Source: Octopus sinensis (Eukaryota). Taken from it: a stretch of 64,000 bases of DNA. The notes beneath the pieces were generated by a model. It saw nothing but the letters and a program-made list of their open reading frames with translations. It did not search any database and was not told the DNA's origin. Shown piece after piece: positions 49,781 to 62,599 of the stretch. The translations under genes were made by a program, and so were the position numbers. The stretch lies in contig NW_021832380.1 in NCBI RefSeq assembly GCF_006345805.1, forward strand, positions 62,001-126,000. The letters run 5' to 3'. The number at the start of each line of letters is the position of its first letter. Positions within the stretch are counted from its first letter, which is position 1.

Positions 49781-49923
49781 GAAAATCCTTGAACTTTAAA
49801 ATCCCATATTGAATTTGGAAAATCCCACTTTGAATTTGGAAATCCCATATTGAATTTGGAAAATCCCACTTTGAACTTGGAAATCCTATATTGAATTTGG
49901 AAATTCCCATATTGAACTTGGAA
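49781..49923. repeat. Minisatellite of 20/21-bp units
   Basis: Six copies of AAATCCCA(TA/CT)TTGAA(T/C)TTGG(A), with alternating CATA and CACT variants. Confidence 0.9.
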
Positions 49924-49924
49924 A

Positions 49925-51390
49925 GGTATACATGTCTCTGAAGAAGACGTAAAAGATGGGATTCTCTCCTTCGTCCCGAGCAGCAGTGGTGGACTAGATG
50001 GGTTCCGTCCGGTCACCTCAAAGATCTCATTGCTCGTAACACGGGCAAATTTTTGGTCCGGCTCGTACTGGCTATCACCAAACTAATGAACAGGATGCTA
50101 TCAGGGACACTACCATAAACAATTCGACACGTAATGTTCTCCGTCAAATTAATCGGATTTGACAAGAAAGGAGGGGGAATACGCCCTATTGCTGTTTGCC
50201 TGGTTTTTCGTCGGTTGGCCTCAAAGCTTTTAGGCAGAGCAATCCTGCCTACGTTGATAACACAATTACAACCAGCCCAAATAAGGGTCGGCACACCGGG
50301 GGGATGTGAAGCGGCAGTTCATGCTGTACGAACATTCACCGAAAAGAACGAAAACACTCCTTTCGTAATCGTCAAAATTGACATTAAAAATGCCTTTAAC
50401 TCAATACAATTCTGGAGGATTGCTTCACATACTACCCATCAGTTTACAGCTATATTCATAGCTCATACGGAAAACCATCCAGTCTGGTGCACGGCCAATA
50501 TTACATCCCATCGTGTTCTGAAGTCCAACAAGGGGATCCACTGGGGCTTGGAAATTGCCCGTGTCACAAGATATTGTTCCACTTCCCTGAGGGTATGGTA
50601 TTTGGATGACTGCACCATGGGCGGTGAATGGGACTTGATATATTCAGATAGATCATTCCTAAAGCCACTAAAAACAAATCAGAACAATTAGAAATACTTG
50701 GATGCCCTCTTACTGATGCAGGAATCATTAACACTCTAATAATAAAAGAACATCAACTATGAACAACATTCAAACGTCGTGAGATGCTGGACGCACACAC
50801 TTCCATATTTCTGCTTCGGGGCGCACCCTGCTACCTGGAAATGCAACAGCTCGACGAAATTGATTGTCTCTTTCGGACCACCATTGAACATATCACCAAT
50901 GTGAAATTTGACGACCAAGGGTGGGACCAAGCGACCCTACCCGTTAACCTGGGGGGACTGGGAATTCCTTCACAGAAAGATCTAGCTTGCCCCGCATATC
51001 TATCCTATTTGGACTCCAGCCGACTACTGATCAGGAAATTCTCCAACTCCAAACTGAATCATCTAAAATCACAGACATGGAGCATTCGAGGGGGATGATG
51101 CCTGAGCAGAAAGACCGTTACAGGACCGTCTGCGAAGGTAAATATGAGAGGTGGGGCCACCGTCGATTGTTATGGACACCATGCCCTCTCTTGTAGAAGA
51201 AGTGCAGGACGATTTCAAAAATACAAGGCGATCAACAAAATTGTCAAGAGAGCCCTGAAGTCTGCAGGATACCCCATCGTTCTTAAACCTGTTGGCCTTG
51301 ACAGAGGAGATGGAAAACGTCCTGTGGTCGAGACAACTGGAGGAATAAGTAGGAAATTGCTTTGCTTCCTGAAGAAACTTGGACGCTTAA
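49925..51390 (+). mobile_element. CRE-clade retrotransposon remnant (RT, zinc finger, RLE)
   Basis: SSGGLDGFRP, KKGGGIRPIAVCLVFRRLASK, GTPGGCEAAVHA, KIDIKNAFNS, WYLDD, ATLPVNLGGLGI, VDCYGHHALSC, GLDRGDGKRP. Confidence 0.87.
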
Positions 51391-51539
51391 CCACATTAAA
51401 AAGCCTTCAAAGTGAACAAGGGGTGGTACTCCACACACTTCTTTCTTTTCTTCCTCCTATTTTCTGGCTCTGTAGACCTACGAGGTGGTGTAGTCCATCG
51501 CTGACTAAATTTCAGGACTGGGTTGGCGATTATCAAACG

Positions 51540-53460
51540 AGCATGATCATCAGGATCTCGGAAACCTTCCATGTTTTTGAGACATGACCCCATTTCAAAC
51601 TCGCCAAGAACAGTCACGCCAGGAACTTGTGTAGCTCCTCTGAGCCTTCCAGGCGCATAGGGAGCTTGTCTTGCCCAAGTGTGTTGTCTTTAGACGAACG
51701 GATAGTCCAGGTCACCTCTGTTGTGGTGATTGGGCAGTGTTTCGACGACAATGGGCACGACAGTGGCTTTGACATCGAGGATTGCGCCGTCCCTTGACAC
51801 TTTATGAAAACAGTCCCAGAAGCTTAGGTTTTGTGGTTAAGGTTTATACAAGCCTTCTCCCATTTTCTAGCGGCGTCCAGCTTTGTCCTGAAATTTATTT
51901 TTCCACTGATTTCAGTGGGCCAGTTATTTTTCATATTCTTGAGTGTGGCCCAGTCAGAGGAGTCCACAGAGCGTCTGAGTTTCTTTCTTAGACGCTTTCT
52001 CTCCGTCGATCTCGAGGACAGGGTCGTATCGGACACTGCTACTGTTGTCGCGTAGAAAGGCATTTAAGGAGCTTCTATAGTGTGGCCAGTTAATCTTCGA
52101 AAGAGAGAACCGAGTAAATTCGCGTTCTTACCTTTTAATACTGCGTGAATTTTGACCTCCATTGGTAGGTTGTCGCTCCCGATATCATCAAAAACTGTAG
52201 GCTCTTTCATAAGGTTGGCTATAGTGTACCTGCAGATACTTAAGCACAAGTTGTCCGTGCTGTTAGGCGAGTGGTGGTTCGGGAATTCAAAGGTTCTTAC
52301 AAATACACCGATTTTGTCAGTGACTTTCTTCAGTGTATGACCATCCTGGTTGTTCGTCCGACAGCCAAACACCGTGTGCTTTGAGTTTAGGTCTCCAACG
52401 AGAAGGCAGTGAGCTGTGCTTGAGAAAAAGTCATCAATCAAACTGGTGCTGGGGGAGAGGTTTTTGGAATATAAGCCTCCGACTTTTAGCCAGAAGGAAT
52501 CGGTTTTCACCTCAAGGGAATTCACGTGATTCCGTCTTTTGATAGATCGGGCATTCTCAGCGATGATTTTCAAGGGACTATGTTGTTGATGTGCTCCCTT
52601 CTAGCAGAAGCTGTTGGAGCATCTCCGTTTCTACACCGAGTTTTGTCAAGGCTCCTACACAACGGTGAAAGAATTCAATTAGGCCATCTCTGTTCTGCAC
52701 TTGGTTGCGGCAGTACTTTGTCTCGAAGAGTGTTTGCCTTCTTGCGGGGACACCCGAGCGGTTAACATTGGTGCTGGGACGATCGTCAGTATCTGACTTC
52801 CGGTTGATGTGGACAGCTGGGTCCGGCAATGTCTGAATCCACACATCGACTTTGGACGGACTCTGGGATGGTCTTTTGGTCCAGCCCGACTCAGTGCGTT
52901 TGGCTTTTGCCCAGCGAACGGGGCTTTAAGCCAGCGGGTTATTCGAAGTCCGTGAGGCTGCTGTTGCGGCTTTGGCAGATGGGGATCTACCGTAGCACGT
53001 CAGGTGCCCAGTGTTGTTACAATTAATGCAAGTTTTGCAGCTGGGAGATTGGGGAAAGGGTTTCGATTTCGGGCAGTTTTGGTGCCTGTGTTCGTCACCA
53101 AGAAGCAGAATCAAAATTTTTCCGTGCATCTGTGAGACGTATATACAAACTGGTTGCATCGGAAGCATCTTGGGGTCATTGGCTTGAGCCATTCACAACA
53201 GATATGACTAAAGCTGCAGTGATTCCAAAGTGGATGAGGAGCTGGCCTCGGCTCTAGAGTCCAGCGTAAGTTTTCCGACCTGAATGTCGACTCCATTGTG
53301 AGTGTACCTTTCGAACTTGAAGTTTGATTCAAGATGTTTCCGTAAGACGGGATTCTTTCAAACCGAAAAAGCACTTTGCCCGTGACGGCTTGACTGAATG
53401 ACATTTTTTCTTGCTGTTGAGCGCAGCTTTATTCTCGGAGTGAAAAGACGGAATCCAAAG
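51540..53460 (-). mobile_element. Jockey/I-group LINE: ORF1 zinc knuckles, APE endonuclease and start of RT; decayed and 3'-truncated
   Basis: ORF1 PRCFRCNQF..H..C and CINCNNTGH. APE LLVGDLNSKH..FG and SDNLPM (SDH-like). RT domain 0 PITTTEVTWTI..GQDK. Confidence 0.83.
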
Positions 53461-54239
53461 AAGCTGTGATTTATGAACTTATATTTTTTTTATTTTGAAT
53501 TATTAGATGGATGTAAAATAGAAAATTTTAAAATAAAAATGCACCGAGGCACACGAAAAAAATACGCCGTAGGACAGCCCGTATGGAACCGACCACACCC
53601 GAAGGCGACCCAAAGTGCAATGGGCGGCCAGCGAATGGCATATTTGCCTAATTGATAACAAACATGCACAACCAGGTAAGTAATTTGGCAGATGCACACA
53701 TTAAAAAATAGATATAACTAAATCATCAAAATGTGTTGTTTTTTAATTAGCTTTGAACTAAATAAATTTAATTATTTAATGTATTCTTTAATCGAATTCC
53801 ATAATATTTTACGATTAAAGTAATTATAAATTTATTTAATTTATATAAATCTGATTTTTTAATACTACTTGTTTATTTTTTGGTCGTTAAATAAAATTAA
53901 ATAAAACTTTCAGTTCAATTTAATGCTAAAATTACTTGACTTTACTTGACGAGCTTTATTAGTATTTATGTTTGTGTTGCCTTGTTTTTATAAAAGTTTC
54001 CAAAAAAGTAGAATAAGAGATCTCATTTAGAAAAATCAGATTCGTTAATTTGAGCTGTAAAACACTAGAACATCTTTACATATTTAGGGTGGAGCAAATA
54101 AAAACGCATTTTAAAATAAATTATACACAATCTTAGTCTGACAATTTTTTAATGTATTTGGTAAAATCTACTCAGATTGGAAATGTGTCCTAAGCTATAA
54201 TTTATAGTGAATTATCAGATTTTCTGAATTATAAGTGAC

Positions 54240-54430
54240 GGGTTCAAGCCAACTTTTCATCTTGTCAATGCATACGAGGTGGAATAGCGATATTTCTGTC
54301 TTTAACTATTCGTTCTCTTGTATTTTTCTCGTTAATTGCCGCTTGTACAGTAGCGATCATAAAATCAATTTCAGGATAAGAGTCTCTTATTTTCTCACAA
54401 CAATTGTGTAATAAATGAACGGTAGATTTT
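54240..54430 (-). mobile_element. hAT-related transposase fragment
   Basis: HLLHNCCEKIRDSYPEIDFMIATV resembles the H.LH...E.IR..FP.VD.LI..VK segment. Confidence 0.4.
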
Positions 54431-54549
54431 ACATAGGATAACTTAAATTTTTTTGCCAGCTAAAACATAAAATAAAATTTTCTTGATTTCATATAATTTG
54501 CGAACGGTCTAGGCATGTGATGCCCACCTCCACAATAACAATCTCCCCG

Positions 54550-54665
54550 GTGATTTCATCGTGGACCACAATATCGGGTTTTTTGTGCTAGACAACAATG
54601 ATGGTATAAGCTTTAATGCACACCATCGAGTTCTCACACACCAATTGAACTCGATGGGTTTGCAA
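54550..54665 (-). mobile_element. R4/Dong-like RLE fragment
   Basis: Reverse-complement homolog of 35447-35572 (ACCCGATATTGTGGTCCACGAT shared). Confidence 0.55.
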
Positions 54666-55203
54666 CTTTTTGGACGCCCTCAAGTTCATTAACAATAATT
54701 ATTTTCAAACTATTTTATCATTAAATGCACATTTAGAAATATAAACAAATCCTATTAAGAAAAACTATATGAAGAGTTCAATGTCATTCTCACAATGTGG
54801 AAGGCAGAAAATGGGGACGATCAAGAGACAAATATCAAGAATGATATTAAATAAAGTAATTAATTCTTTTTGTTTGTAATTTTACCAAGAGTTAAAATAT
54901 TTAATCTAAATTCTCAACTAGTTCTAGAGAAGAATCACTTAAAACTGCGCCTGAGTTATTAATGCTCGCACAAAATAGAAACAAACATTTATTGACGACA
55001 TTTCTAATTCCCATTAAAGCTGGGCATTGTACACGAACTGCTGGTCTATTGGTGTGTGATCTACAATTATTGAATATTTTTTTAGGAAGCGACAGACAAA
55101 CTCCTTAAAAAGTGATTGCGAGCCGAATTACACCGACAAATCCTGGGGAATGAGAGTATTATTTTTTTAATGATTGACTTCTTTAGAGTAAAAAAATAGA
55201 AAA

Positions 55204-56269
55204 TGTGACCGGTTTCTGAGCGGACCCGGTTTTTGGAAGGACCAGGTGCGTATATTAAAATAAAAAATGGATAAAATAATTTATTTTCATTAGAAAATAA
55301 AAATTGGTTTTATTTTTTATTATATTATTGTAATAATTAATTAATTAAATTTAACATAAAAAATGGATTTCGTTGTACTTTCAAAAGCAAATCTTCAAAA
55401 AATTAAAAAAAATCAAAGAGTTGAGGGATCTAGATGAAGTGATCGAAAAAAGAGAAAAGCGTAGATTTAGAATTCACGCAAAAAAATTTGTATTCTCTGA
55501 CTGAAAGGCATTTATTCGAAAAAACAATTGCTTACTAATCATTTTGGCAGAGATAGAATGATTAGTCAGCTGTCAGAAAAAATTTACGGTGTTACTCGAA
55601 ATAGATTGAAAATGTTATTAAAAACTGTGTTTTTTGTCAGGTATAATAATTAAAATAAGGCGATTAGTCACTGAGATTAATGGCAACAAAACCTCCTATT
55701 AGGCCAATCATTGCGAGAGGCCCGCGTGATAGATACATAGCCGATCTCATTGACTTAAGGAGATATTCGGAATTAAACGATTCAAATTCATTACAACTAT
55801 TCTTTAGAAGATGAAAATGGAAATGTCCATAAGAATATTAATATTTCTAGAATAAAAAAGTTTAACTAAATTTTAAAATTCTCTAAGTGAAGAGATACCG
55901 CGGCCGTAGGCCGCATAGGGGACTAGTTGAATTTTTATATCAAACCTTGTGGGTTAGAATAGTTTTTTATTGACAGTTATTTTAAGATTTGATTTTTAAA
56001 ATATTTAGGTTTAAAATCATTAAATAAAAATATAATGTTTTTTTAACATTTTACACAAAAATCAATTAAAATTACTTATTTAAAATTTAAAATGCACTTT
56101 TGAAGGGTATGTTGGTTTTGTGAGCAATGATAAAATCAGAAACAGCTTAAGAAATTATTTAAACATGGTCTAATTTATTGTATAACTATTTTCAGGATAA
56201 AATAAAACGATTTATACAATTTTTTGTGTGGTCCTTCCAAAAACCGGGTCCGCTCTAAAACCGGTGACA
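55204..56269 (+). mobile_element. Internally deleted Ginger-type transposon (second family)
   Basis: TIR TGT(G/C)ACCGGTTT(C/T)(T/A)GAGCGGACCCGGTTTTTGGAAGGACCA (about 41 bp), 5-bp TSD GAAAA (55199-55203, 56270-56274). Residual PIRPIIARGPRDRYIADLIDLRRY is homologous to the 10078 element. Confidence 0.8.
55900..55927 (+). mobile_element. Helitron-like 3' terminus (hairpin plus CTAG|T)
   Basis: GCGGCC-GTA-GGCCGC perfect hairpin followed 8 nt later by CTAGT. Confidence 0.5.
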
Positions 56270-56694
56270 GAAAATAACAAAATTTTGTTTTATTAAAATC
56301 AATTTATAAGTTTTTAAATAATTTTATTATTTTGTGATAAAACATTAATAGAACGTGTTTTTCTAGTTAGTTGGAATCTAACCCCAGTTGTTTTTTATCT
56401 CTGGTCTCACTATTCCATACATTATTGCCCGAGTTTCACAATAATCTTGAGGGTATAGTTCAATAATTTGGATGTTAACCACATCAAATTTTATTTGGTG
56501 TTCTACGAGTCCATAGAATATATCCCAATTATTTTTATATGGGAACATTTATTTTCTTTATATATTCAGTAGCAATTCGTGAATTTATTAAAGAAATATG
56601 TACTTTAATTATAACTATTGACCAGAAAGCCTCAATTTAACTTTTAAACAAACATTAATGTAATCAGTAATGTATTTTGAAACGAAAGAAATTG

Positions 56695-57372
56695 GGTACT
56701 TTTGTCGAAGTGGTCGCATTTTTTTTAGGCCTTTTAAAAAATCTAATAATTTTTGAGTGTAATATATTATATTTTATTTAAGTCGCTCTATCATAATTTA
56801 AAATATTATTAAATTTTTTACTAATTTATTTTCTAATTTTTTTAATATTATGGCGAGCATGTACCTAATATTGATATAAACTGGCACTATAGGTCACATG
56901 GAAAATTCTGTTGTGGACTTATGCAACATCAAATTCCGACAGCTCCCAATAAGTAAGGAGGATGCAGTGCATTTTCTGCAAAATGTGGATATCCTTTCAA
57001 AATCACGTATATGTCCGAAGGGACATCAGATGGAATTAGTCTTGGGACCGAAGCTCAATAAGACATCATCTGGGATCTTATTTCGCAGGTTTTTTTAGTT
57101 AGTTATTTTTTCAGAATTTATGTGGCGAAAACAAATACAGAACTATAAGGAATCTTTTGCACAGATTGTAAAAGACATAAATTCCTTCTACAGTCCTGGA
57201 ATTTGGATGCGCGTACTAAAATGACTAAATTGGTTAAATAAATTTTTAAATAATTTTAATAACCATTTAAATTATGATAGAGGGTTATAAATTAAAATAA
57301 TCTATTTTTCACTAAAAATTAATTAATTTTAATTATCTTCTAAAAAAACTGCGCCACTTCGACAAAAGTACC
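56695..57372 (+). mobile_element. Merlin (IS1595/ISXO2-like) non-autonomous DNA transposon
   Basis: TIR GGTACTTTTGTCGAAGTGG / CCACTTCGACAAAAGTACC with an 8-bp TSD AGAAATTG (56687-56694, 57373-57380). Residual N-terminal transposase EDAVHFLQ..IL....CP.GH.M. Confidence 0.8.
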
Positions 57373-57399
57373 AGAAATTGTTAGGGACAATAAGAAGAA

Positions 57400-57735
57400 G
57401 AACTGATGGCGATCCTGTTTTCCCTCACTATTGCTTGGGACACGTTCTGAGAGGCCATCTTGTCTCCAGAGGATTGTGTGTTCTCAGATCTTGAGACGTC
57501 CTATACTCTTGAGAAAGCACAACGACTCCTTCCCAATCGATCCCAGGGTTTCGACAGCAACCGGCCGGAAAGTAACGATCGTGAGCCCTCATATTTCTTC
57601 TTCTTGATGTCCTCTGCTCTATCCGCAGCTGGGCCAGCATTGCAGGCACTTTCCAACATGTTTGTCTTGGACAAGGATTCGGAACATGTTGAATCCCATA
57701 CGAGAGGCTTTCCTTCCAAAAACGGAAACAAACTA
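57400..57735 (-). mobile_element. CRE-clade RLE 3' fragment
   Basis: FPFLEGKPLVWDSTC..AGPAADRAEDIKKKKY, then VETLG-like and SIVRG-like remnants. Confidence 0.72.
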
Positions 57736-57825
57736 AATAGAATTTATGTGTTTAATAAATACAAAATCAGTTAGTTCCAAAATAGTAATCGAAAATCACG
57801 GCTATTTAGGCACAAATAAGCACAA

Positions 57826-58140
57826 ATGCAATTAGAAATGAAAATTTATAATTTATCGAAGATAGACAAGCTAGTCTTTTCAGCTTTCCAGGCTTTAAGG
57901 GATGATTTAATTCTAGTTTCAGGAACATTGTCAAAAAATATTTCGTTAAAAATTGCCGAAAGGCTCAACTTGAACTCTTTTAAAGCGTCAAATGGGTGGT
58001 TGAACCCTTTAAAAAGGAGGCATGAACTATTATTCAAAACTCTTTGTGGAGATGCCAAGTTGTCTAACAAATCATTGTTGCCTTCCGAGAAAAGGACAAA
58101 ATATTCTATGATGGATTTGAAACTGAGAAAATTGGAATGA
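57826..58140 (+). mobile_element. pogo/Tigger HTH (CENP-B) fragment
   Basis: VSGTL....KIAERL....FKASNGWL..LKRRH....TLCGDA. Confidence 0.68.
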
Positions 58141-58169
58141 TTGACATACTAAATAATAAAATAGAATAT

Positions 58170-58355
58170 TTTGTGTCTGTCTGTGCGCACCAATATACCC
58201 TCTACTAACAGCCTTTTTAAAATAAAATTTTTTCGAAAAAGTTTTTCGTGCAAACCAGGCCGTTTAATATATTTACATAGACTTATAGTTGTGTGATGAA
58301 ACAGGCCTTCCGCAGGAGCTAGGGCGCGGTGAGCGAAGCGAGCTGCCGAGCTAGT
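58170..58355 (+). mobile_element. Possible Helitron-like non-autonomous element
   Basis: TGTCTGTCTGT near the left end and a GC-rich GCGCGGTGAGCGAAGCGAGCTGCCGAGCTAGT terminus. The hairpin is imperfect. Confidence 0.3.
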
Positions 58356-58824
58356 TACGTAATAAAGCCTTTTTTCTTTAACCAAATAAAATATTGTTTG
58401 TGTGGTCCGCAAAGTTAGTCTTAATTATCGATTTGAATAGTCTGAATTTGAATATAGAATATTCTTAATTAAAAGCTAAGAACCCCTGATTTATGGTATG
58501 TATGTTTGATGCTGAACATTCCAATACATAATCTCTGTCTATTAAAATAATTTCTGACTACTAGAAGATTATACTGTAAATTAAAGTTTCTTTTAGTTCA
58601 TAGAAGATAATCCTCTTGTTTTTCGATGGGCTGAACAAATACATTTCAGTAATTAATCGTGTCTGCATTGCACCGAGTTCCGGAATCCGATTCAACTCGG
58701 CAAATAAGTGTTGAAGTTGCCACTTTTTGGAATGATTTGCATTAAGTATCAACTCTAAATAATAATTTTGGATTTTAAATAAACTTTTAAACTTATTTGG
58801 CGGGCTGCATTTATGACATTAGAC

Positions 58825-60517
58825 CAGGGGTGCGCAAGTGCGGCCGTGAGTCGATGAATGTGCGGCCGTGGGCACAATTAGGTCATCGAGCAACTAATCT
58901 TAAATATAATGCTCATTTAAATAAAATTCTATTTTTATATAATGGTTAACCTTTATTAAAAGTAATTATCATAAACGGCTTAATTAATTTATGGCATTAC
59001 CTGTTAAAAGACGACGTTCTTTGAATGAAGAAAAAAGAAAATTTAATATCAACTGGGAAAGTAAATACTTCGTAGTCGAAACAGACAACAATTTCTGGTT
59101 GATGTACTCACATATATCAATAATTTGAATATATCTTTGCAAGGTAAAGACCAAACAATTTGTCGAATGTATAAAAAAATTAACGATTTTATGGATACAT
59201 GCCGCCTACTGAAGATTCACATAGAAAAAATAAATTATTTCATTTTCAAAAAGTCAAAAATCTCATTAATGACAAAATAATTAATTATGACGATCTAACA
59301 CCAAATACATTTAATACTATATTCGATTATATTTTGAAACAATTTGAAGAGCGATTTAACAAATTAAAAAAAATTAAACTCAAACTTCAATAACTGCAGC
59401 ACCACATACTGTTTATTTATTTATTATTTATTTATTAACTCCAAGATCACCGAGAAAGATAGGTCAGAACTAACTAATTAGGTGATCCCTGCCTCCAACC
59501 ACAGCCGTACTTTCCTTACATGATCTTCTGATGACCCGACCGTAATCCGGAAAAGCCTTCTCTTCCTTCTGCAGAGGAACTCAATTGGAGTGCATTTCTT
59601 TATAACCGACCGAAATTCCTCTGCATGTGCCACCTTTTCCTTGAGTGGGTTTCCCACTTCCTTGCAGAAACGTAGGAAACCCTGTCCATTCTTCTGCGTC
59701 GCCTCCTCGGAAGCAAGACTGCCAACTGAGGTGTCAGTGTGGAGCATAATCTTCCTTCTGAGTGAGTTCAAACGTTCCGCTTTCGAACAAGCAATAGCAA
59801 ACCTCCAGGCTGAGCAGGCATACTCAACCGTCGGGGCAATCACTTGTTGGTAGACTTTGCTGACACAATCTTTCAGGGGGAAGGGTTTCGATTGAGAATG
59901 CGCCATTGGAATTTCAAATTGAATTATTGAAATTAAAAAATGATTTAATTTTGATAAAAAAATTTAATGAAAGCGAAGATTTGTTGAATGTATGGAAATC
60001 AGCGAACGATTATCCAAATTTACGTGAAATGGCAAGAAATATTCTCGTTTTATTCGGAAGCACATATTTATGTGAGTCTACATTTTCCAAAATGAAATAT
60101 TTAAAAAGTCAATATAGATCTCGAATAACGGATGCAAACTTAGAGTCATGTTTGCGCATAATGATATCTACCCTACCAGTGGATTTCAATAAGCTCGCAA
60201 AAATACCAAAGATCCTGGCCGTCATTAGAATAACTTGTATAATACATTTCTTTTAATTAATTTTCCTTCTTTCTTATCTTTTGTCCATGAAATAATTATT
60301 TATTTTAATAATATGATGTCCCTGATGAACGAGAGCATTTCCTGTCCAAGAACTCATTCGGTCTCGATGACAATGGGCAATTTATGCGGTCACTTTTAAT
60401 AATTAAAAAAAATTACTATATTAATATCGAAAAAATAATGCAGAAAATGTGCGGCCGTGGAAGAGAAGGAAAAAAAATGCTATGCGGCCGCAAACCCAAA
60501 AAGCTTGCGCACCCCTG
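58825..60517 (+). mobile_element. hAT (Buster/SPIN/GTF2IRD2-like) transposon, internally deleted
   Basis: TIR CAGGGGTGCGCAAG / CTTGCGCACCCCTG, 8-bp TSD CATTAGAC (58817-58824, 60518-60525). Dimerisation domain YPNLREMARNILVLFGSTYLCESTFSKMK..RSRITDANLESCLRI. Confidence 0.92.
59412..59905 (-). mobile_element. 5'-truncated LINE 3' end inserted in the hAT element
   Basis: VYQQVIAPTVEYACSAW (LINE post-RT motif) followed by a (TAAA/TAA)n tail at 59412-59437. Confidence 0.65.
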
Positions 60518-60789
60518 CATTAGACAAACAAAATAAAATTTTTTATAAATATAATATTTTACAAAGAGACGTCATCCATATTTTTTAAGAGAATATTTTG
60601 ACCAGAAGCTTGTTCCAGTACCTGCCAATCAGAATCGTCGTGTCATCAATCTTATCAGCCCTTGCTTTATAAATGTACATACGCAAAAAGTGGTTTATCA
60701 AGCAATTCAAAACAAAAATGGCTATAGAGACACGCTGAAATGGCAGCTAGCTTCTCTAAGGGTCACACATTCTTTTGAAGATAAGAGAA

Positions 60790-60900
60790 CCTACCAAGAA
60801 AATTAATTTCCGTGTTTTCATTCCGAGAATACTGCTGGACTCAACAGCAAGAAAGTGTCATTCAATCAAGCCGTTTCCCGTTTCCGTGATAGGCCTACAT
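60790..60900 (+). mobile_element. 5' fragment of the same LINE family as 51540-53460
   Basis: The reverse complement aligns with 53385-53455 (GACGGCTTGA.TGAATGACA..TTCTTGCTGTTGAG..CAGC..TATTCTCGGA.TGAAAA.ACGGAA). Confidence 0.6.
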
Positions 60901-60989
60901 GATAGAACGAAGAGTTCTTTGACACGCATAAGAAAGGGTGAAATCCTTCGAGACGAGAAGCATAAAGCCGTCCCACATTAAGACCCAAA

Positions 60990-61470
60990 CGAAGGCGAAT
61001 TCATCATCCAAGAGAAATTAAAAGGCGACCGAAGGAATAGCACCGAGCCAATCATCAGAATGGTCCTGACAAGCAATGTTCAAGGCTACAGGATCGAGTT
61101 GGTTCAAACGGAAGCGTAGATTTTTTAAAACAGATGTCCAGTAAATTTCGTCCCACTCCATTTGAAAAAATTTATTTCGTTGAATTTGCATGTTTAAGTC
61201 CGACCAGATGTCTAGAGCGCCCATGGAATCTGACAGAGCCCTCAGAGACGAGATCATATTGGCATACAATCAAAAACGACTTCTTTCTTAACAAAGGCTT
61301 TTTTGATTCCTCTCGAATGAAATGGGGAACCGAGAATAATAGAATCGTCGATTTTTGTGACTGAAAAGTCGTTTGATTCTCCTGAAAGTAGCAGAAAATG
61401 TTTGTTCGTTAATTCGAAAAAATCCTCTGATAGAAAAGCGATGGCTAAACATTTTGACATGAATTCCAAA
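60990..61470 (-). mobile_element. CRE-clade retrotransposon fragment
   Basis: ILGSPF, GALDIW, ACQDHSDDWLGAIPSVAFNFSLDDEFAF.LGL, the CRE post-RT region. Confidence 0.68.
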
Positions 61471-62599
61471 TATATCAGTAAATATCATATTGGATATCAA
61501 GGATCAAACGTTATAATAACAAATATAAGCTCGAACTAACCTAAAGTAAACTATCTCAGTCACAAGACACAATACATAAGAATTAATGCCAGAATATGAG
61601 CGTACTAACAAAAACACGAATCAAAAAAACATTTCATAAAAGAATTTATCAAATCTCACAAATCAAATCATATTTCGAGAAGGACTCATTTAAAACGGAG
61701 AGAACGATATATAAAACACAATAATAAAAATGTATTTGCAAAAAAGCATTATTTTGAATTGAAAACTTTCCTTTGATAAAGAGTTGTTTATTCGTGTTGA
61801 GAATTTATTCTCTTAGAAGTTTCAGCTTAAAAAGGCCATGTAGAGTTCGATGCCCTCTTTTTCAACTTTATAATGAGTGAAGTTCCGGGAGAAATTGCAA
61901 ATTAACACTCAAATGTATTTTGTGCGAACTGCTTACTACATGCTACCTTCAAAACAGTAAATTTGTAAATGAAAGTTTTTTTCAATTTTATGATGAGGTC
62001 CGTTTCTGAGTTTTTCGTCCTTGGTCGCGTCCTCTCCTTCAGTACACATTCAAGTGTGTCAAATTGCTATTTGAAAGTTGCTGATTATTGTGTTCTCTGT
62101 CTTCGGATTCGAGTTTTGTCGTGTTGGTATTAAAGACCGAAATGGTTTTTAAGGTCGCCTATTTGGTGCATCTCTCACAGCAAGCTCTCTTCTTGCAGTC
62201 AACTACGACTTCTATTTGAAAACTCAAAAATTGCGAAGAGTGGTGAGCAGTTCGTAAATGTGAAATACATAAATGAAACATCTATTCAAAAATAAAAATG
62301 AAATTATTCAGAAAATTAGAAATATGGCACTTTCTGGACAGACTATTAAGGTCAAGACCATTAAAATAGCAGAATGAAAATAAAAGGATAAACACAACTT
62401 ACCAGATGTCGGTATCTACTGACAGGCGACATGTATAAACTCTTTTCCTGATAGCTTTTAGGTCATTCTCAACAACAGCAGGTCCGTAGTTATGTCGTCT
62501 AATTAATATTCTTAACGTTTACTTGTTTGTTTACAATAAACCCTACGTAACAACGTCGGACTAGCAAACCTGAGACCCCCAAAACTTGAAAAAAAGGTA

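Noticed and set aside
53540-53660. GC-rich island resembling a structured ncRNA or element terminus
   Set aside because: No match to snRNA, 5S, tRNA or SRP motifs that I can recognise, and no partner inverted repeat in the window.
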